Source: Fidelibacterota bacterium (GTDB lineage: Bacteria > Fidelibacterota > Fidelibacteria > Fidelibacterales > DSDE01). Taken from it: a DNA stretch of 64,000 bases. The stretch lies in contig JBJKQR010000012.1 of NCBI GenBank assembly GCA_046735395.1, positions 21,394-85,393 of the forward strand. The letters are read 5' to 3'. Each line of letters begins with the position of its first letter. The first letter of the stretch is position 1. Position numbers and translations under genes: made by a program. The notes below the pieces were generated by a model. The model made no database searches, was not told where the DNA came from, and saw only the letters and a list, made by a program, of their open reading frames with translations. Positions 46,380-56,760 of the stretch are shown one piece after another.

Positions 46380-47801
46380 ATGGCAAATGATATGAAAAAT
46401 AAGGACCGGATGAAAATTCCCCGGCAACCCATGCCTGAACAGGATCCCAATGTTAGGAATAAAAATTTTCTCGAAGTGAACCTCGGTTATACGAAGGAAA
46501 TGGCCATTGAGGAGGCCCAGCGCTGTCTTCAGTGTAAAAATCCCAGCTGTGTCACCGGCTGTCCTGTGAATATTCAGATTCCTGATTTTATTGACCGCAT
46601 CGCCGAAGGGGATTTTGCCGGCGCCGTGGCGAAGATTAAGGAGGATAACAGCCTGCCCGCCGTCTGTGGCCGTGTCTGTCCTCAGGAAGAACAATGTGAA
46701 AAGGAATGTATCCTGGCCGGACGTTTTGAAGCGGTGGCCATAGGCCGGCTCGAACGATTTGTTGCTGATTATGAGCGGGAGTCCGGAAAAATTCAGGTTC
46801 CGGCAGTGAACGAGTCGAAGGGTAAGAAGGTTGCCATCGTGGGTTCCGGCCCCAGCGGCCTTGCCTGTGCCACCGATCTGGCCATCATGGGCTATGACGT
46901 GACGGTGATGGAAGCTCTCCATGAATTCGGCGGCGTTCTTGCCTATGGAATCCCGGAATTCAGACTTCCCAAGGGCATCCTCAAGGTTGAAATCGAAAAC
47001 CTGAAAAACCTGGGAGTCAGCTTCGACAACAATTTCATCGTCGGCAGGACGGCTACGGTGGATGATCTCTTTGAAGAAGGATTCGAGGCCGTCTTTGTCG
47101 GTGTCGGCGCCGGTCTTCCCTGGTTTATGGATATCCCCGGTGAAAATCTCAATGGTGTGTATTCCGCCAACGAATTTCTGACCCGGGTAAATCTCATGCA
47201 CGCCTATGAATTCCCGAACTGGGATACGCCGGTGAAAATCGGAAAGAACGTGATGGTCGTAGGCGGTGGAAACACTGCCATGGATGCGGTGCGGACCGCA
47301 AAGCGCCTGGGTGCTGAGCGGGCCATGATCGTGTATCGCCGCTCGGAAGCCGAGATGCCCGCACGCCGCGAGGAAATTCATCACGCGAAGGATGAAGGCA
47401 TTGAATTTCTGAACCTGGTCAATCCCATTCGTTATGAAGGGGACGAGAACGGCTGGCTGCGCAAAGCCGTCTGTGTCCGGATGGAACTGGGAGAACCGGA
47501 TGCCTCCGGCCGCCGCAGGCCTATCGAGATTCCCGGCAGCGAATTTGAGATCGAAATCGATGAAGTCGTTGTCGCTGTGGGAAACGGAAGCAACCCCATT
47601 ATCGGCCAGACCACTCCGGGCCTGGATCTGAACAAACGGGGAAATATCGTAGCCTCGGACGACAGCGCAAAAACTTCGAAAAAGGGCGTGTTTGCCGGTG
47701 GTGATATCGTGACCGGAGGCGCTACAGTCATTCTTGCGATGGGTGCCGGACGCAAGGCAGCCAAAGCGATTGATGAATATCTGACAAGCGGAGTCTGGTA
47801 A
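46380..47801 (+). CDS. nfnB: NfnB / glutamate synthase small-chain homologue (GltD/SudA)
   Basis: N-terminal Fe-S motifs (CLQCKNPSCVTGCP, CGRVCPQEEQCE) and two dinucleotide folds (VAIVGSGPSGLA, VVGGGNTAMD). Confidence 0.9.
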   Translation: MANDMKNKDRMKIPRQPMPEQDPNVRNKNFLEVNLGYTKEMAIEEAQRCLQCKNPSCVTGCPVNIQIPDFIDRIAEGDFAGAVAKIKEDNSLPAVCGRVCPQEEQCEKECILAGRFEAVAIGRLERFVADYERESGKIQVPAVNESKGKKVAIVGSGPSGLACATDLAIMGYDVTVMEALHEFGGVLAYGIPEFRLPKGILKVEIENLKNLGVSFDNNFIVGRTATVDDLFEEGFEAVFVGVGAGLPWFMDIPGENLNGVYSANEFLTRVNLMHAYEFPNWDTPVKIGKNVMVVGGGNTAMDAVRTAKRLGAERAMIVYRRSEAEMPARREEIHHAKDEGIEFLNLVNPIRYEGDENGWLRKAVCVRMELGEPDASGRRRPIEIPGSEFEIEIDEVVVAVGNGSNPIIGQTTPGLDLNKRGNIVASDDSAKTSKKGVFAGGDIVTGGATVILAMGAGRKAAKAIDEYLTSGVW

Positions 47802-47979
47802 ACAGCCGGTTTTTCGCTTAATTTAAAATAAACAGACGGGGTGCAGCATGATAAACATACACAGAAATTCCGCCATTCCGGGGAAAAGTGCTGTGAGACG
47901 GCAACATGGTGTTCCCCGCGGTTTCAATTATAAAATACTGAGAATAAACGTGCCGCATCAGTGGCAGTAAGGAGCTTTT

Positions 47980-48315
47980 ATGGCAAAAGCGAACGGACAT
48001 GTTGTCATCAGGGAAGACGAATGCAAGGGCTGTGAGCTCTGCGTCTATGCCTGTCCTTTTGATTTACTCAGCCTGTCATCCGGCCTGAACCGCATGGGTT
48101 ACCATCCTGCTTCCTATTCCGGGGAGGAGTGCACAGGGTGCGGTATCTGTTTTTATACCTGTCCCGAACCCGGCGCTCTGACCGTATTCAAGAAATGGGA
48201 TGAAATTACGGAAACCCGGCATTGTGACAAATGCGGAACGGATAGAAAAGTATTTCCGTCATCCCTTGATCCGACAGTCCTGATCTGTTCAACCTGTCTC
48301 GAGAAAGTGGGGTAA
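47980..48315 (+). CDS. 2x[4Fe-4S] ferredoxin, delta-type subunit of 2-oxoacid:ferredoxin oxidoreductase, with C-terminal Cys4 tail
   Basis: [12 protein letters not shown] and [12 protein letters not shown], plus an extra HCDKCG...CSTC zinc-ribbon-like tail. It lies immediately upstream of the alpha subunit. Confidence 0.8.
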   Translation: MAKANGHVVIREDECKGCELCVYACPFDLLSLSSGLNRMGYHPASYSGEECTGCGICFYTCPEPGALTVFKKWDEITETRHCDKCGTDRKVFPSSLDPTVLICSTCLEKVG

Positions 48316-48318
48316 ATT

Positions 48319-49377
48319 ATGGCAAAAGTTCTGATAAAAGGCAACGAAGCCGTTGTGAGAGGTGCAATTCTGGCGGGTTGCAGAAATTATTTCGGATATC
48401 CCATTACTCCGGCCAGTGAAATTGCCGAAACGGCAGCGACCTACTTTCCCCGCGTGGGCGGAACCTTTCTGCAGGCTGAAAGTGAAATCGGTGCCATCAA
48501 TATGCTCTACGGCGCGTCCAGCAGCGGTATCCGCTCCATGACAGCGTCCTCATCACCGGGGATCAGCCTGAAGCTGGAAGGCATCTCCTATATGGCCGGC
48601 GCTGAACTGCCGGGTGTTATTATCGATATCATGCGGGGTGGCCCGGGACTGGGAAACATCGCTCCCGAACAGAGTGATTACAACCAGATCGTCAAGGGGG
48701 GAGGACACGGAAATTACAAACTCATTGTTCTGGCACCCAATTCGGCACAGGAAATGTGCGATCTGACCATGCTGGCCTTCGAGCTGAGTGACAAGTACCG
48801 CAATCCTGCCGTTGTCCTCGCTGATGGATTCATCGGCCAGATGATGGAACCGGTGGAATTTCCCCGGGCCGTCACAAGCTTTCCTGCAAAGGACTGGGCC
48901 GTGAAGGCGACAGCGGAAAGCCGGGATAATCTGATCACCAGTATTGAACTGGATCCGGACCGGCTGGAAACGCATAACCGCAAGCTGGCTCATAAATACA
49001 AGATTATCGAGGAAAATGAAGTCCGTGCTGAGGAATACCGAACTGAGGATGCGGAAGTCATTCTGTTCGGGTTCGGAATCGTGAGCCGGCTGCTCCAGAC
49101 CGCCATCGACGAACTGCGGCTGGATGGCGTCAAGGTCGGCCTTCTACGTCCCATTACCCTGTTTCCCTTTCCGATCAGGGAAATTGATGCCCTGGCCTCC
49201 AGGGATTCTGTGAAATATTTCCATGTCTTTGAAATGAACAATGGCCAGATGGCCGATGATGTCCGCCTCGTTTCAAATGGGCGGAAACCGGTGCGGTTTT
49301 ACGGCCGCTGCGGAGGAAATGTTCATTCCGTCAAGGAAATCAAAGAAGAAATCATGAAAGAATTGAGGGCCTTATGA
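48319..49377 (+). CDS. korA: 2-oxoacid:ferredoxin oxidoreductase alpha subunit
   Basis: [32 protein letters not shown] is the typical KorA/PorA/VorA N-terminus. Confidence 0.9.
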   Translation: MAKVLIKGNEAVVRGAILAGCRNYFGYPITPASEIAETAATYFPRVGGTFLQAESEIGAINMLYGASSSGIRSMTASSSPGISLKLEGISYMAGAELPGVIIDIMRGGPGLGNIAPEQSDYNQIVKGGGHGNYKLIVLAPNSAQEMCDLTMLAFELSDKYRNPAVVLADGFIGQMMEPVEFPRAVTSFPAKDWAVKATAESRDNLITSIELDPDRLETHNRKLAHKYKIIEENEVRAEEYRTEDAEVILFGFGIVSRLLQTAIDELRLDGVKVGLLRPITLFPFPIREIDALASRDSVKYFHVFEMNNGQMADDVRLVSNGRKPVRFYGRCGGNVHSVKEIKEEIMKELRAL

Positions 49378-50819
49378 CAGCAACTATTCTGCAGAAAGCA
49401 TCATCCTTTTACAGGGAATTTGAACGGAAAGGTGGTACGGAGACTCAGAGTACTCATTATTGTCCGGGCTGTGGCCATGGAATTCTGCATAAAATGATTG
49501 CCGAAGCCATTGATGATTTTGAAATCCGGGACAGAAGCGTTTTTGTCTCACCGGTGGGCTGCTCGGTCTTTGCCTATTATTATTTCGATATGGGAAATAT
49601 TCAGGCCGCGCATGGCCGTGCTCCGGCCGTCGGAACCGGCTACAAGCGCTCAAATCCTGATTCCATTGTCATCTCCTATCAGGGAGACGGGGACCTGGCT
49701 GCCATCGGTGCCAATGAAATCATTCAGGCAGCCAACCGCGGTGAAGGCATGACCGTTTTTTTCGTCAATAATGCGATTTACGGGATGACCGGCGGACAGA
49801 TGGCTCCCACAACGCTTGTCGGGCAGAAAACGACCACCACGCCACAGGGACGGAATCCTCAGAATGAGGGCTATCCCATCAAGATGTCGGAAATTATCTC
49901 CACACTGGAGGCTCCTGTTTATGTGGAGCGGGTCATGCTCACCGACACCAAGAATATCAATAAAACACGCAAAGCGGTGCGTAAAGCACTGAAGAACCAG
50001 ATCGAGAACAAGGGATTCTCCTTCGTTGAAGTTCTTTCCGGCTGTCCCACCGGGTGGAAATTGTCAGCCCAGGAGAGCAAGGTCTGGATCGAAAATGTTC
50101 TCTGCAAATATTTCCCCCTGGGCGTTTTCAAGGATACTGCCGACGAACGTGATCCCATCGACTATAGCCGCGTACCGGCTCCCTATGAATCCTATCATCA
50201 GGTTCTCGATATCAGCGGCGCCTCGCTTGCTGACAAGGAGAATGTTGTCGCAGTACCTCCCCTGAAGGATGTGGCGGAAGAAGTGAAGATCGCCGGATTC
50301 GGCGGACAGGGGGTCCTCAGCCTGGGCTATGTGATGGCGAATATCGGCATGGGACACAACTACCAGGTCAGCTGGCTGCCCAGCTACGGCCCGGAAATGC
50401 GCGGCGGAACAGCCAACTGCAGCATCAAGGTTTCAAAGAAACGAATCGGCGCACCGGTTGTTGCCAATCCCACGACCCTCATTGCCATGAACAAGCCATC
50501 CATGCACAAATTTGAAGCTGATGTGGCGTCCGACGGTGCAATCATTTATGATTCGTCACTGATAGATGAAGCGCCGACCCGCAAGGATATCAGATCCTTT
50601 GCCGTTCCGGCCACACAGCTTGCCGATAAGATCGGATCGACCAAGGCTGCGAATATGGTCATGCTCGGCGCCTATTCCGTACTCACCGATTATCTCGATT
50701 ATGATTATATCCGGTGGGCCATTCCGAATATCATTAAAAACAAGCGATTTCTCGATATCAATGATGCCGCTTTCACGAAAGGTGTCATTTATATGAAAGA
50801 GTTGATGAAACAGGAATAA
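49374..50819 (+). CDS. korB: 2-oxoacid:ferredoxin oxidoreductase beta subunit fused to gamma domain
   Basis: The N-terminal TPP-binding beta part has YCPGCGHG and [11 protein letters not shown]. The C-terminal ~180 aa (from about 50277) has the gamma pattern [10 protein letters not shown]...GPEMRGG. Confidence 0.88.
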   Translation: MTATILQKASSFYREFERKGGTETQSTHYCPGCGHGILHKMIAEAIDDFEIRDRSVFVSPVGCSVFAYYYFDMGNIQAAHGRAPAVGTGYKRSNPDSIVISYQGDGDLAAIGANEIIQAANRGEGMTVFFVNNAIYGMTGGQMAPTTLVGQKTTTTPQGRNPQNEGYPIKMSEIISTLEAPVYVERVMLTDTKNINKTRKAVRKALKNQIENKGFSFVEVLSGCPTGWKLSAQESKVWIENVLCKYFPLGVFKDTADERDPIDYSRVPAPYESYHQVLDISGASLADKENVVAVPPLKDVAEEVKIAGFGGQGVLSLGYVMANIGMGHNYQVSWLPSYGPEMRGGTANCSIKVSKKRIGAPVVANPTTLIAMNKPSMHKFEADVASDGAIIYDSSLIDEAPTRKDIRSFAVPATQLADKIGSTKAANMVMLGAYSVLTDYLDYDYIRWAIPNIIKNKRFLDINDAAFTKGVIYMKELMKQE

Positions 50820-50838
50820 TCAGTGTAAAGGAGGAAGT

Positions 50839-51300
50839 ATGCAATTCAAGAAAATTCTGCTGACTACGGATTTTTCCGAGTACTCTCTCTGTGCTGTGCC
50901 CTATGCCGTGGAGTTGGCGCGGAAATTCGGGGCTGAACTGACGATGATTCATGTCATGGAGCCGATTATTGCTCCGGCGGATTTTGCCTGGGGATCCTTC
51001 AATGTGTCCGAGATCGAAAACAAGACACGGGAATATGCCGGCAACAACTTGGACAAGCTGATGCACGAGCATATTCCGGATGATGTGAAATCTTCAGTCC
51101 ATCTCGCCTATGGCAATCCCTTCAAGGAAGTCATTCAGTTTGCCAAGGAAGGAAATTTTGATCTCATTGTCATTTCAACCCATGGACTGACGGGCCTGTC
51201 GCATATTATTTTCGGAAGTACTACCGAAAAAATTGTGCGTAAGTCCCCTATCCCGGTGATGACAGTGAGGGATCCGGAACATACCTTCGAGATGCCCTGA
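50839..51300 (+). CDS. Universal stress protein (UspA family)
   Basis: KKILLTTDFSEYS and VISTHGLTGLSHIIFGSTTEKIVRKSPIPVMTV. Confidence 0.9.
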   Translation: MQFKKILLTTDFSEYSLCAVPYAVELARKFGAELTMIHVMEPIIAPADFAWGSFNVSEIENKTREYAGNNLDKLMHEHIPDDVKSSVHLAYGNPFKEVIQFAKEGNFDLIVISTHGLTGLSHIIFGSTTEKIVRKSPIPVMTVRDPEHTFEMP

Positions 51301-51411
51301 ATCAGCCGGTCGGATTATGTTATTACTGTTGAAACCAGACCGACCCATCTCAACGGAGTGCAGATCGGACTGTCAGAGGGAAACTGAAAACCGTTAAAGG
51401 AGAATTGAATC

Positions 51412-52926
51412 ATGCGAAACCATTTCCTCGCCCTGCTTTCTGTTTGTATTGTATCACTATTTCTGTTCGAACCGGTTCTGAATGCTGCTGACGGGCCTGA
51501 CCCGCTGCGTTTCAGCAAAGAAATTCACAAACTGATTAAAAAATATCCTGATCCCGAACCCGGTTCCAGGGTCATGGTTTGTACCGGATCCTCCAGCATG
51601 AGGGGATGGCACTCCCGACTTGCCGAGGATCTTTCACCAATTCCTGTAATTCAGAGAGGTTTCGGCGGCAGTACCTTTCATGATCTCCGTTTCTGGGCTG
51701 ACAGCCTGATAGTGCCGATTCATCCCGAAGCTGTTCTGATCTATGAAGGGGACAATGACATCGCTGCCGGAATGACTCCGGATTCCGTAGTCGGTGAATT
51801 TACGGCGCTGGCGGCTCATCTGCGTGAATCCCTGCCGGCTCTTCGCTTTTATATCCTGTCGGTGAAACCGTCTCCACTGAGAAAATCCTTCTGGCCTGCC
51901 ATGAAGTTTCTGAATGCGTCCCTTGAACGGATCTGTGCCGGCGATTCTCTCATGACCTATATTGATGTGGCCTCGGCTATGCTGGATGATCAGGAACAGA
52001 TGAGGCCCGAGATTTACCGGAGTGACAAACTGCATCTGAACGACAGCGGTTATGATATCTGGATGAAGACGGTCCGGTCCGTGCTTGTCCGCGAAGAAGC
52101 TCTTTCCCGTGTGGATGGCTGGGTGCCCTTCGGTGAACGGCCTCTCCTGGTGCGGAGAATCACGAGTCCCTATGCGCCTTTTCCGGATGAAAAACGGCGT
52201 GAAGGGCACATGTACAATGATGTCCTGTATACGACCGAAGAGCATTATCAGGACAGCAGCGTGGCCCTCTGTATTCCGTCCGGATTCAATCCTCGGAAGC
52301 CGGTTACATTCGTGGTGTATTTTCACGGCTGGAACGGAAATATTGCCAGATCCCTGACCGAGTTCGATTTGCCCGGCCAGATTGATGCGACGGGACGCAA
52401 TATCGTTTTCGTGCTTCCGGAGGGACCGAAGAATTCTCCGGACAGCTACGGCGGAAAAATTGAAAATAAAGATGTGTTCCGGCACCTGATTGATTCGATC
52501 GCGGATACGCTGCGGGCGGACCATCTTATGGGAAAGGACGGGTGGAAGGATATCGTGATCTGCGGTCACAGCGGCGCCTACGGAGCTATTCACAATATTC
52601 TCGCACGCGGCGGATATCCGAAACGAATTTCTGATGTCTATCTCTTTGATGCGCTCTATGCCGGAAACGAGGATTTTCTGGCCTGGGCAAAATCCGGAAA
52701 AGGAAACTTTATCAATATCATCACGGAGCATGGCGGAACTCTGGAAAATTCGAAGCTGATGGAAGAGCAGTTTAAGAAGGCGGGTCTGAAAGTGAAGGAA
52801 TCGCAGATCGAAAAACCCTCGGATCTGAAGCTCAGACGGAAGGATCGCATCTCTTTCATCTACACGAAGGGGCTCGGTCACAGTGATGTGGTGAATCCTT
52901 TTCTTTATTTATTTCTGACCCGCTGA
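51412..52926 (+). CDS. Secreted two-domain hydrolase: SGNH/GDSL-like esterase + alpha/beta-hydrolase-like domain
   Basis: Signal peptide, then an SGNH block I-like motif (VCTGSSSMRGW), GDNDI and a late D..H-like HLNDSGY. The C-terminal half has FHGWNG and a nucleophile-elbow-like CGHSGAYG. Confidence 0.65.
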   Translation: MRNHFLALLSVCIVSLFLFEPVLNAADGPDPLRFSKEIHKLIKKYPDPEPGSRVMVCTGSSSMRGWHSRLAEDLSPIPVIQRGFGGSTFHDLRFWADSLIVPIHPEAVLIYEGDNDIAAGMTPDSVVGEFTALAAHLRESLPALRFYILSVKPSPLRKSFWPAMKFLNASLERICAGDSLMTYIDVASAMLDDQEQMRPEIYRSDKLHLNDSGYDIWMKTVRSVLVREEALSRVDGWVPFGERPLLVRRITSPYAPFPDEKRREGHMYNDVLYTTEEHYQDSSVALCIPSGFNPRKPVTFVVYFHGWNGNIARSLTEFDLPGQIDATGRNIVFVLPEGPKNSPDSYGGKIENKDVFRHLIDSIADTLRADHLMGKDGWKDIVICGHSGAYGAIHNILARGGYPKRISDVYLFDALYAGNEDFLAWAKSGKGNFINIITEHGGTLENSKLMEEQFKKAGLKVKESQIEKPSDLKLRRKDRISFIYTKGLGHSDVVNPFLYLFLTR

Positions 52927-53031
52927 TTCGTTGTAGGGGCGGGAAGAAAAGCCGGTGTGACCGGATGAGCATTCCGGTAACTCTTTCAAGCCCGTGTGTG
53001 TCTAACCGGGAAAAACAGGTAAGGAGAACTG

Positions 53032-53895
53032 ATGCGGAAGTTATGGATGATATGTCTCGCAGTACCGTTGCTGATGGGTTCCTGTAAGGAAGAAGTTGTC
53101 AGTCAGATGTCTGCAGCGCCCCCGGCCATTGACGGGGATCTGAGTGATTGGGGCGGCGATTTGATCATATATCAGGAGGAAGGTGTCGTCTGCGGACTGA
53201 GCCATGATGAGTCACATCTCTATCTGGCTCTCAGCAGCCGGAAACCGGAAACACTTCGTGCCATCATGCGCTCCGGACTGACGGTCTGGCTGAATGATCA
53301 GGGGAGATCCAAAAAAAGTTTCGGGATTCAGTACCCGCTGCCCATGAACCGGGAAGAATTCCGGGCACTTCGCCGTACGGGTTCAGGCGGCAGATCTCAT
53401 CAGAACGGGGGAAACCGGGATTGGCAGAATCCGGAGAACAGAAACCGGATGATGGCAAAATTATTCGGAGAGTATCTCAGCACACAGACAGATTTTTCGC
53501 TTCTCAGCGGCCCCGGCCATGTCGAATCGCAACAGGCACTGAGCGTCAGTGAGTCCATCAAGGCCGCAGTTACATTCAGGGACGGCCAGTTCAGTTATGA
53601 ATTGTCCATACCCTTTGATGACGCGGAGGACGGAACGATGGCTTTGCATAAGAATCCCAAATCCCGTTATAATATAGGGATAGAAATTCCCGCACCCGAT
53701 TTGACCCGGATGCGTGGAGGACGTCCAATGGGGGATGGAATGTCCGGCGGAATGTCAGGTGGCGGCATGAGCGGCGGATCCTTTGATGGCGGCGGACAAT
53801 TCTCCGGGTCCGGAATGAGGCAGGGAGGAGACCGGTCGCGTTATCCGCAGCAGACAGATGTTGAGCTGTGGCTCAAGGTGCGCTGTACTCCCTGA
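53032..53895 (+). CDS. Hypothetical lipoprotein with Gly/Met-rich repeat tail
   Basis: Signal peptide with a lipobox (LLMGSC), an IDGDLSDWGG motif and a C-terminal GDGMSGGMSGGGMSGGSFDGGG low-complexity segment. Confidence 0.6.
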   Translation: MRKLWMICLAVPLLMGSCKEEVVSQMSAAPPAIDGDLSDWGGDLIIYQEEGVVCGLSHDESHLYLALSSRKPETLRAIMRSGLTVWLNDQGRSKKSFGIQYPLPMNREEFRALRRTGSGGRSHQNGGNRDWQNPENRNRMMAKLFGEYLSTQTDFSLLSGPGHVESQQALSVSESIKAAVTFRDGQFSYELSIPFDDAEDGTMALHKNPKSRYNIGIEIPAPDLTRMRGGRPMGDGMSGGMSGGGMSGGSFDGGGQFSGSGMRQGGDRSRYPQQTDVELWLKVRCTP

Positions 53896-54080
53896 TATAT
53901 TCGTAAAATCGAAGCTGTTTATTTAATAATTCGGTTGCGTCCATAGGTGATCCGCCCCTGGCATTAATCTGTTTTATGCGATTCAGGTCACATTCGGTGA
54001 TATGATTTTGCTTTCAATGGTTTTCAACCTTAATTTTGAAGGTGTGACGCGGAGGAAAAAATAAAAATGATGCGGGTGTG

Positions 54081-55358
54081 ATGGACAGACAATCTCAATA
54101 TCTACTTGTCGAGGGGAATGAAGATCTTGGCGGAAGCCTGAAATCCCGAATGGAAAATGAACTCCAGGCCACCGTGGTATGGACGCAGACCTATCATGAT
54201 ACGCAGACCTTGTTGCAGGAGCCGCGCTTCAGATTTGATGCGGCGGTCATGAATACGGTGCTGCCGGATGCCGAACAGGGAGACACTATTGATCTGCTGG
54301 TGAAAAAGGGGATACCCGCCGTCGTTATTACCACCGATGTCAGTGATGAAGAGCGGCAGCAGATATGGGCACGAAATGTGGCGGACTATTTTCTGGCTGA
54401 GGATCCGAATTGCGAAGATAACGTTCTGGCAGCTCTGGCCCGTTTGGAAAATAACAAATCCATCCCTATTCTTGTGGCTGAAGGTTCAGATGTTTTCCGA
54501 AAGATTGTCAGTGATCTGTTACAGGTTCATCAGTACAGGATATTGAACTGCAGTACGGGAGCCCGAGCCCTCGAGATTCTGGAAGCCCATCCGGAAATCA
54601 AACTTGCGCTCGTGGATTACGACATGGAGGATATGAAGGGTTATGAGCTGACCCGTACCATCCGGAGCCGGCGTCGGACAGATTCTCTGGCCATTATCGG
54701 GATTTCCGCTCAGGGTGATGAGCGGATGGCAGCCATGTTTTTTAAAGCCGGCGCAAATGACTTCATCGTCAGGGAGCGTTTTCTCATCGAGGAATTCTAT
54801 ACCCGCATAAATCAGTGTCTGGATACCTTAAACCTGATTCAGACAGCCCGGGACGCAGCTGTCACGGATTACCTGACCGGTCTGCATAATCAGAAGTATT
54901 TTTTCGAAGTGGGTGAGAAACTGTTTTCATCTGCGCTGAGGGAAAACATTTCACTCGTCTGCGCCATGCTGGATATTGATCAGTTCAAACGCATAAACGA
55001 AATTTATGGCCATGATGACGGAGATGTGATCCTGAAGCAGGTGGCCGCGCGAATCCGCGGACGGATGAGGAAGGCCGATGTGCTGGCTCGTTTCGGTGGT
55101 GATAAATTCTGTATTCTCTCCGTTAATATGGGAGAAGACAAGGCCTTCACCATATTCGATGATATCCGTAAGCTGGTTATGAAATCAGGCGTTGTCCTGA
55201 ATCCGGGCAAGGATCCGGTTACCGTCACGCTGAGTGTGGGTGTGACCCGTATTCTGGGTGACAATCTGAATTCCATGATCCGTCGTGCGGAGGAATTGCT
55301 CTACACCGCAAAACGGACGGGCCGCAACCATGTCCTGACAGATCAGTCATCACGCTGA
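54081..55358 (+). CDS. REC-REC-GGDEF protein with degenerate GGDKF active site and intact RxxD I-site
   Basis: The second receiver has an acceptor Asp (LALVDYDMEDMKG). The GGDEF domain has RKAD-x5-GGDKF (GGDKF at 55095-55109). The first receiver-like domain has Asn at the predicted acceptor position (54252-54254). Confidence 0.85.
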   Translation: MDRQSQYLLVEGNEDLGGSLKSRMENELQATVVWTQTYHDTQTLLQEPRFRFDAAVMNTVLPDAEQGDTIDLLVKKGIPAVVITTDVSDEERQQIWARNVADYFLAEDPNCEDNVLAALARLENNKSIPILVAEGSDVFRKIVSDLLQVHQYRILNCSTGARALEILEAHPEIKLALVDYDMEDMKGYELTRTIRSRRRTDSLAIIGISAQGDERMAAMFFKAGANDFIVRERFLIEEFYTRINQCLDTLNLIQTARDAAVTDYLTGLHNQKYFFEVGEKLFSSALRENISLVCAMLDIDQFKRINEIYGHDDGDVILKQVAARIRGRMRKADVLARFGGDKFCILSVNMGEDKAFTIFDDIRKLVMKSGVVLNPGKDPVTVTLSVGVTRILGDNLNSMIRRAEELLYTAKRTGRNHVLTDQSSR

Positions 55359-55618
55359 ATTATTCTGTTTTTCAGTTTAAATACTTCAGGCCCCGCGAGT
55401 TGGGCCGTCTGTCCGAAACCGGGAATATCCGTGTGCAGGGGAAAATGCCGCGGATACATGGAAAAAGCTAAAAATCGTTTAAAAATAGACATTAAATCGT
55501 TAAATTCCGGCAATATGGCCGATAAGAATTTGTACACCCTCAGTTTTACCAAAATACCCTTTTTCACGGACTATTCAAGGTTCGCGGGCAGGATGTCGGC
55601 AGGGAGGAGAGTCCGGGT

Positions 55619-56752
55619 ATGAATTCATCCCAGAAAAGTCTGATCCGTCAGATATTCGAAGGCGCGCCGGGCGGGAGTATCAACATGGCATTGGGTGAGC
55701 CGGTTTTCAATCGCCCTGCCTGGTTTGACAAACTGCTGACGCCGACAGTTCTGAACCGTTTCAGTTACAGTCCCAACGCCGGATATGCGGAGACGCGGGA
55801 CGCCGTTCTGAATTTGAATGGCTATCCCGGCAAAGTGGAAGATCTGTGCCTGACCTGTGGCGCCGAGGAAGGGCTGTTTGCAACACTCAGCGGCATCCGG
55901 CTCGAACAAGGCAGCAAGGGGGCGATGCTTGCACCGGATCCCTTTTTTCTCACTTATCCCACTATTGCAAGTTTACTCGGAATGCGGTTCGATTCCTATT
56001 CTCTGCCGGCCTGGTCCGGATGTTCGCTATATGATGCTGTCGCCGAAAATATCCGGGAGGATACGCAGGTGGTCATCATCAACTCACCGGGAAATCCGGC
56101 GGGAAATATGGTCGATATTGAGGACTTGCATCGCGTCGAGAATCTCTGCGCGGAAAAGAATATTTTTCTGCTGGTGGATGAGGTGTATCGCTTTTTCGGC
56201 AATGAAACCCGGCCGGTGTCCCACAGCTGGGAGGAGTTGGGCAGTCATACGATCTGCGTCAGTTCAGTCACGAAGATATTCGGACTTCCGGGTCTTCGTC
56301 TGGGCTGGGCCTTTACCCGCCATCCGCTGATGCAGAATATCATTGCAGCTCATCAGAGCATCACGGCCATTTCACCCACGCCGTCCCAGCAGATTGTAGC
56401 TGAATTCCCCGCTTATGATTATTCGAAATGGCTGAAGGAAAACAGGGACAAAACGATCCGTAACCGGAATTCGCTCATGGCAATGCTGGATGATCATGGC
56501 CTGGAATATATTCGCCCGGAAGGCGCTTTCTATCTGCTTCTGAAAGTACCGGAAGCTGTGTTGGCAAACTTTGACGATGTAGAAACTGCATTTGCCCTGA
56601 GGGACGAATTTTCAGTTCTTGTCGTTCCCGGATCCGCCTTCGGCGCCAACGCACGCGGAACGCTGCGTCTGTCCTTCGGCGGTGCGGGCGACGATTTCCC
56701 CGAAGCTGTGCGGCGGATTCATCACGGTTTTGAAAAATTATCTAAAAGTTAA
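55619..56752 (+). CDS. Class I/II PLP-dependent aminotransferase
   Basis: INSPGNPAG and the PLP-lysine region SSVTKIFGLPGLRLGW. I cannot infer the substrate. Confidence 0.88.
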   Translation: MNSSQKSLIRQIFEGAPGGSINMALGEPVFNRPAWFDKLLTPTVLNRFSYSPNAGYAETRDAVLNLNGYPGKVEDLCLTCGAEEGLFATLSGIRLEQGSKGAMLAPDPFFLTYPTIASLLGMRFDSYSLPAWSGCSLYDAVAENIREDTQVVIINSPGNPAGNMVDIEDLHRVENLCAEKNIFLLVDEVYRFFGNETRPVSHSWEELGSHTICVSSVTKIFGLPGLRLGWAFTRHPLMQNIIAAHQSITAISPTPSQQIVAEFPAYDYSKWLKENRDKTIRNRNSLMAMLDDHGLEYIRPEGAFYLLLKVPEAVLANFDDVETAFALRDEFSVLVVPGSAFGANARGTLRLSFGGAGDDFPEAVRRIHHGFEKLSKS

Positions 56753-56760
56753 GGAGTGAT

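Noticed and set aside
55501-55525. Sigma-28 (FliA)-like promoter: TAAA...GCCGATAA with a perfect -10 octamer (55518-55525) upstream of the aminotransferase gene.
   Set aside because: The distance from TAAA to GCCGATAA is 13 nt rather than about 15. An aminotransferase is an implausible FliA target. A single 8-mer match in 64 kb can occur by chance.
55343-55567. A 74-aa minus-strand ORF in the GGDEF-aminotransferase intergenic region.
   Set aside because: It has no recognisable motif or RBS, overlaps the end of the GGDEF gene and sits where promoter DNA for the aminotransferase is expected.
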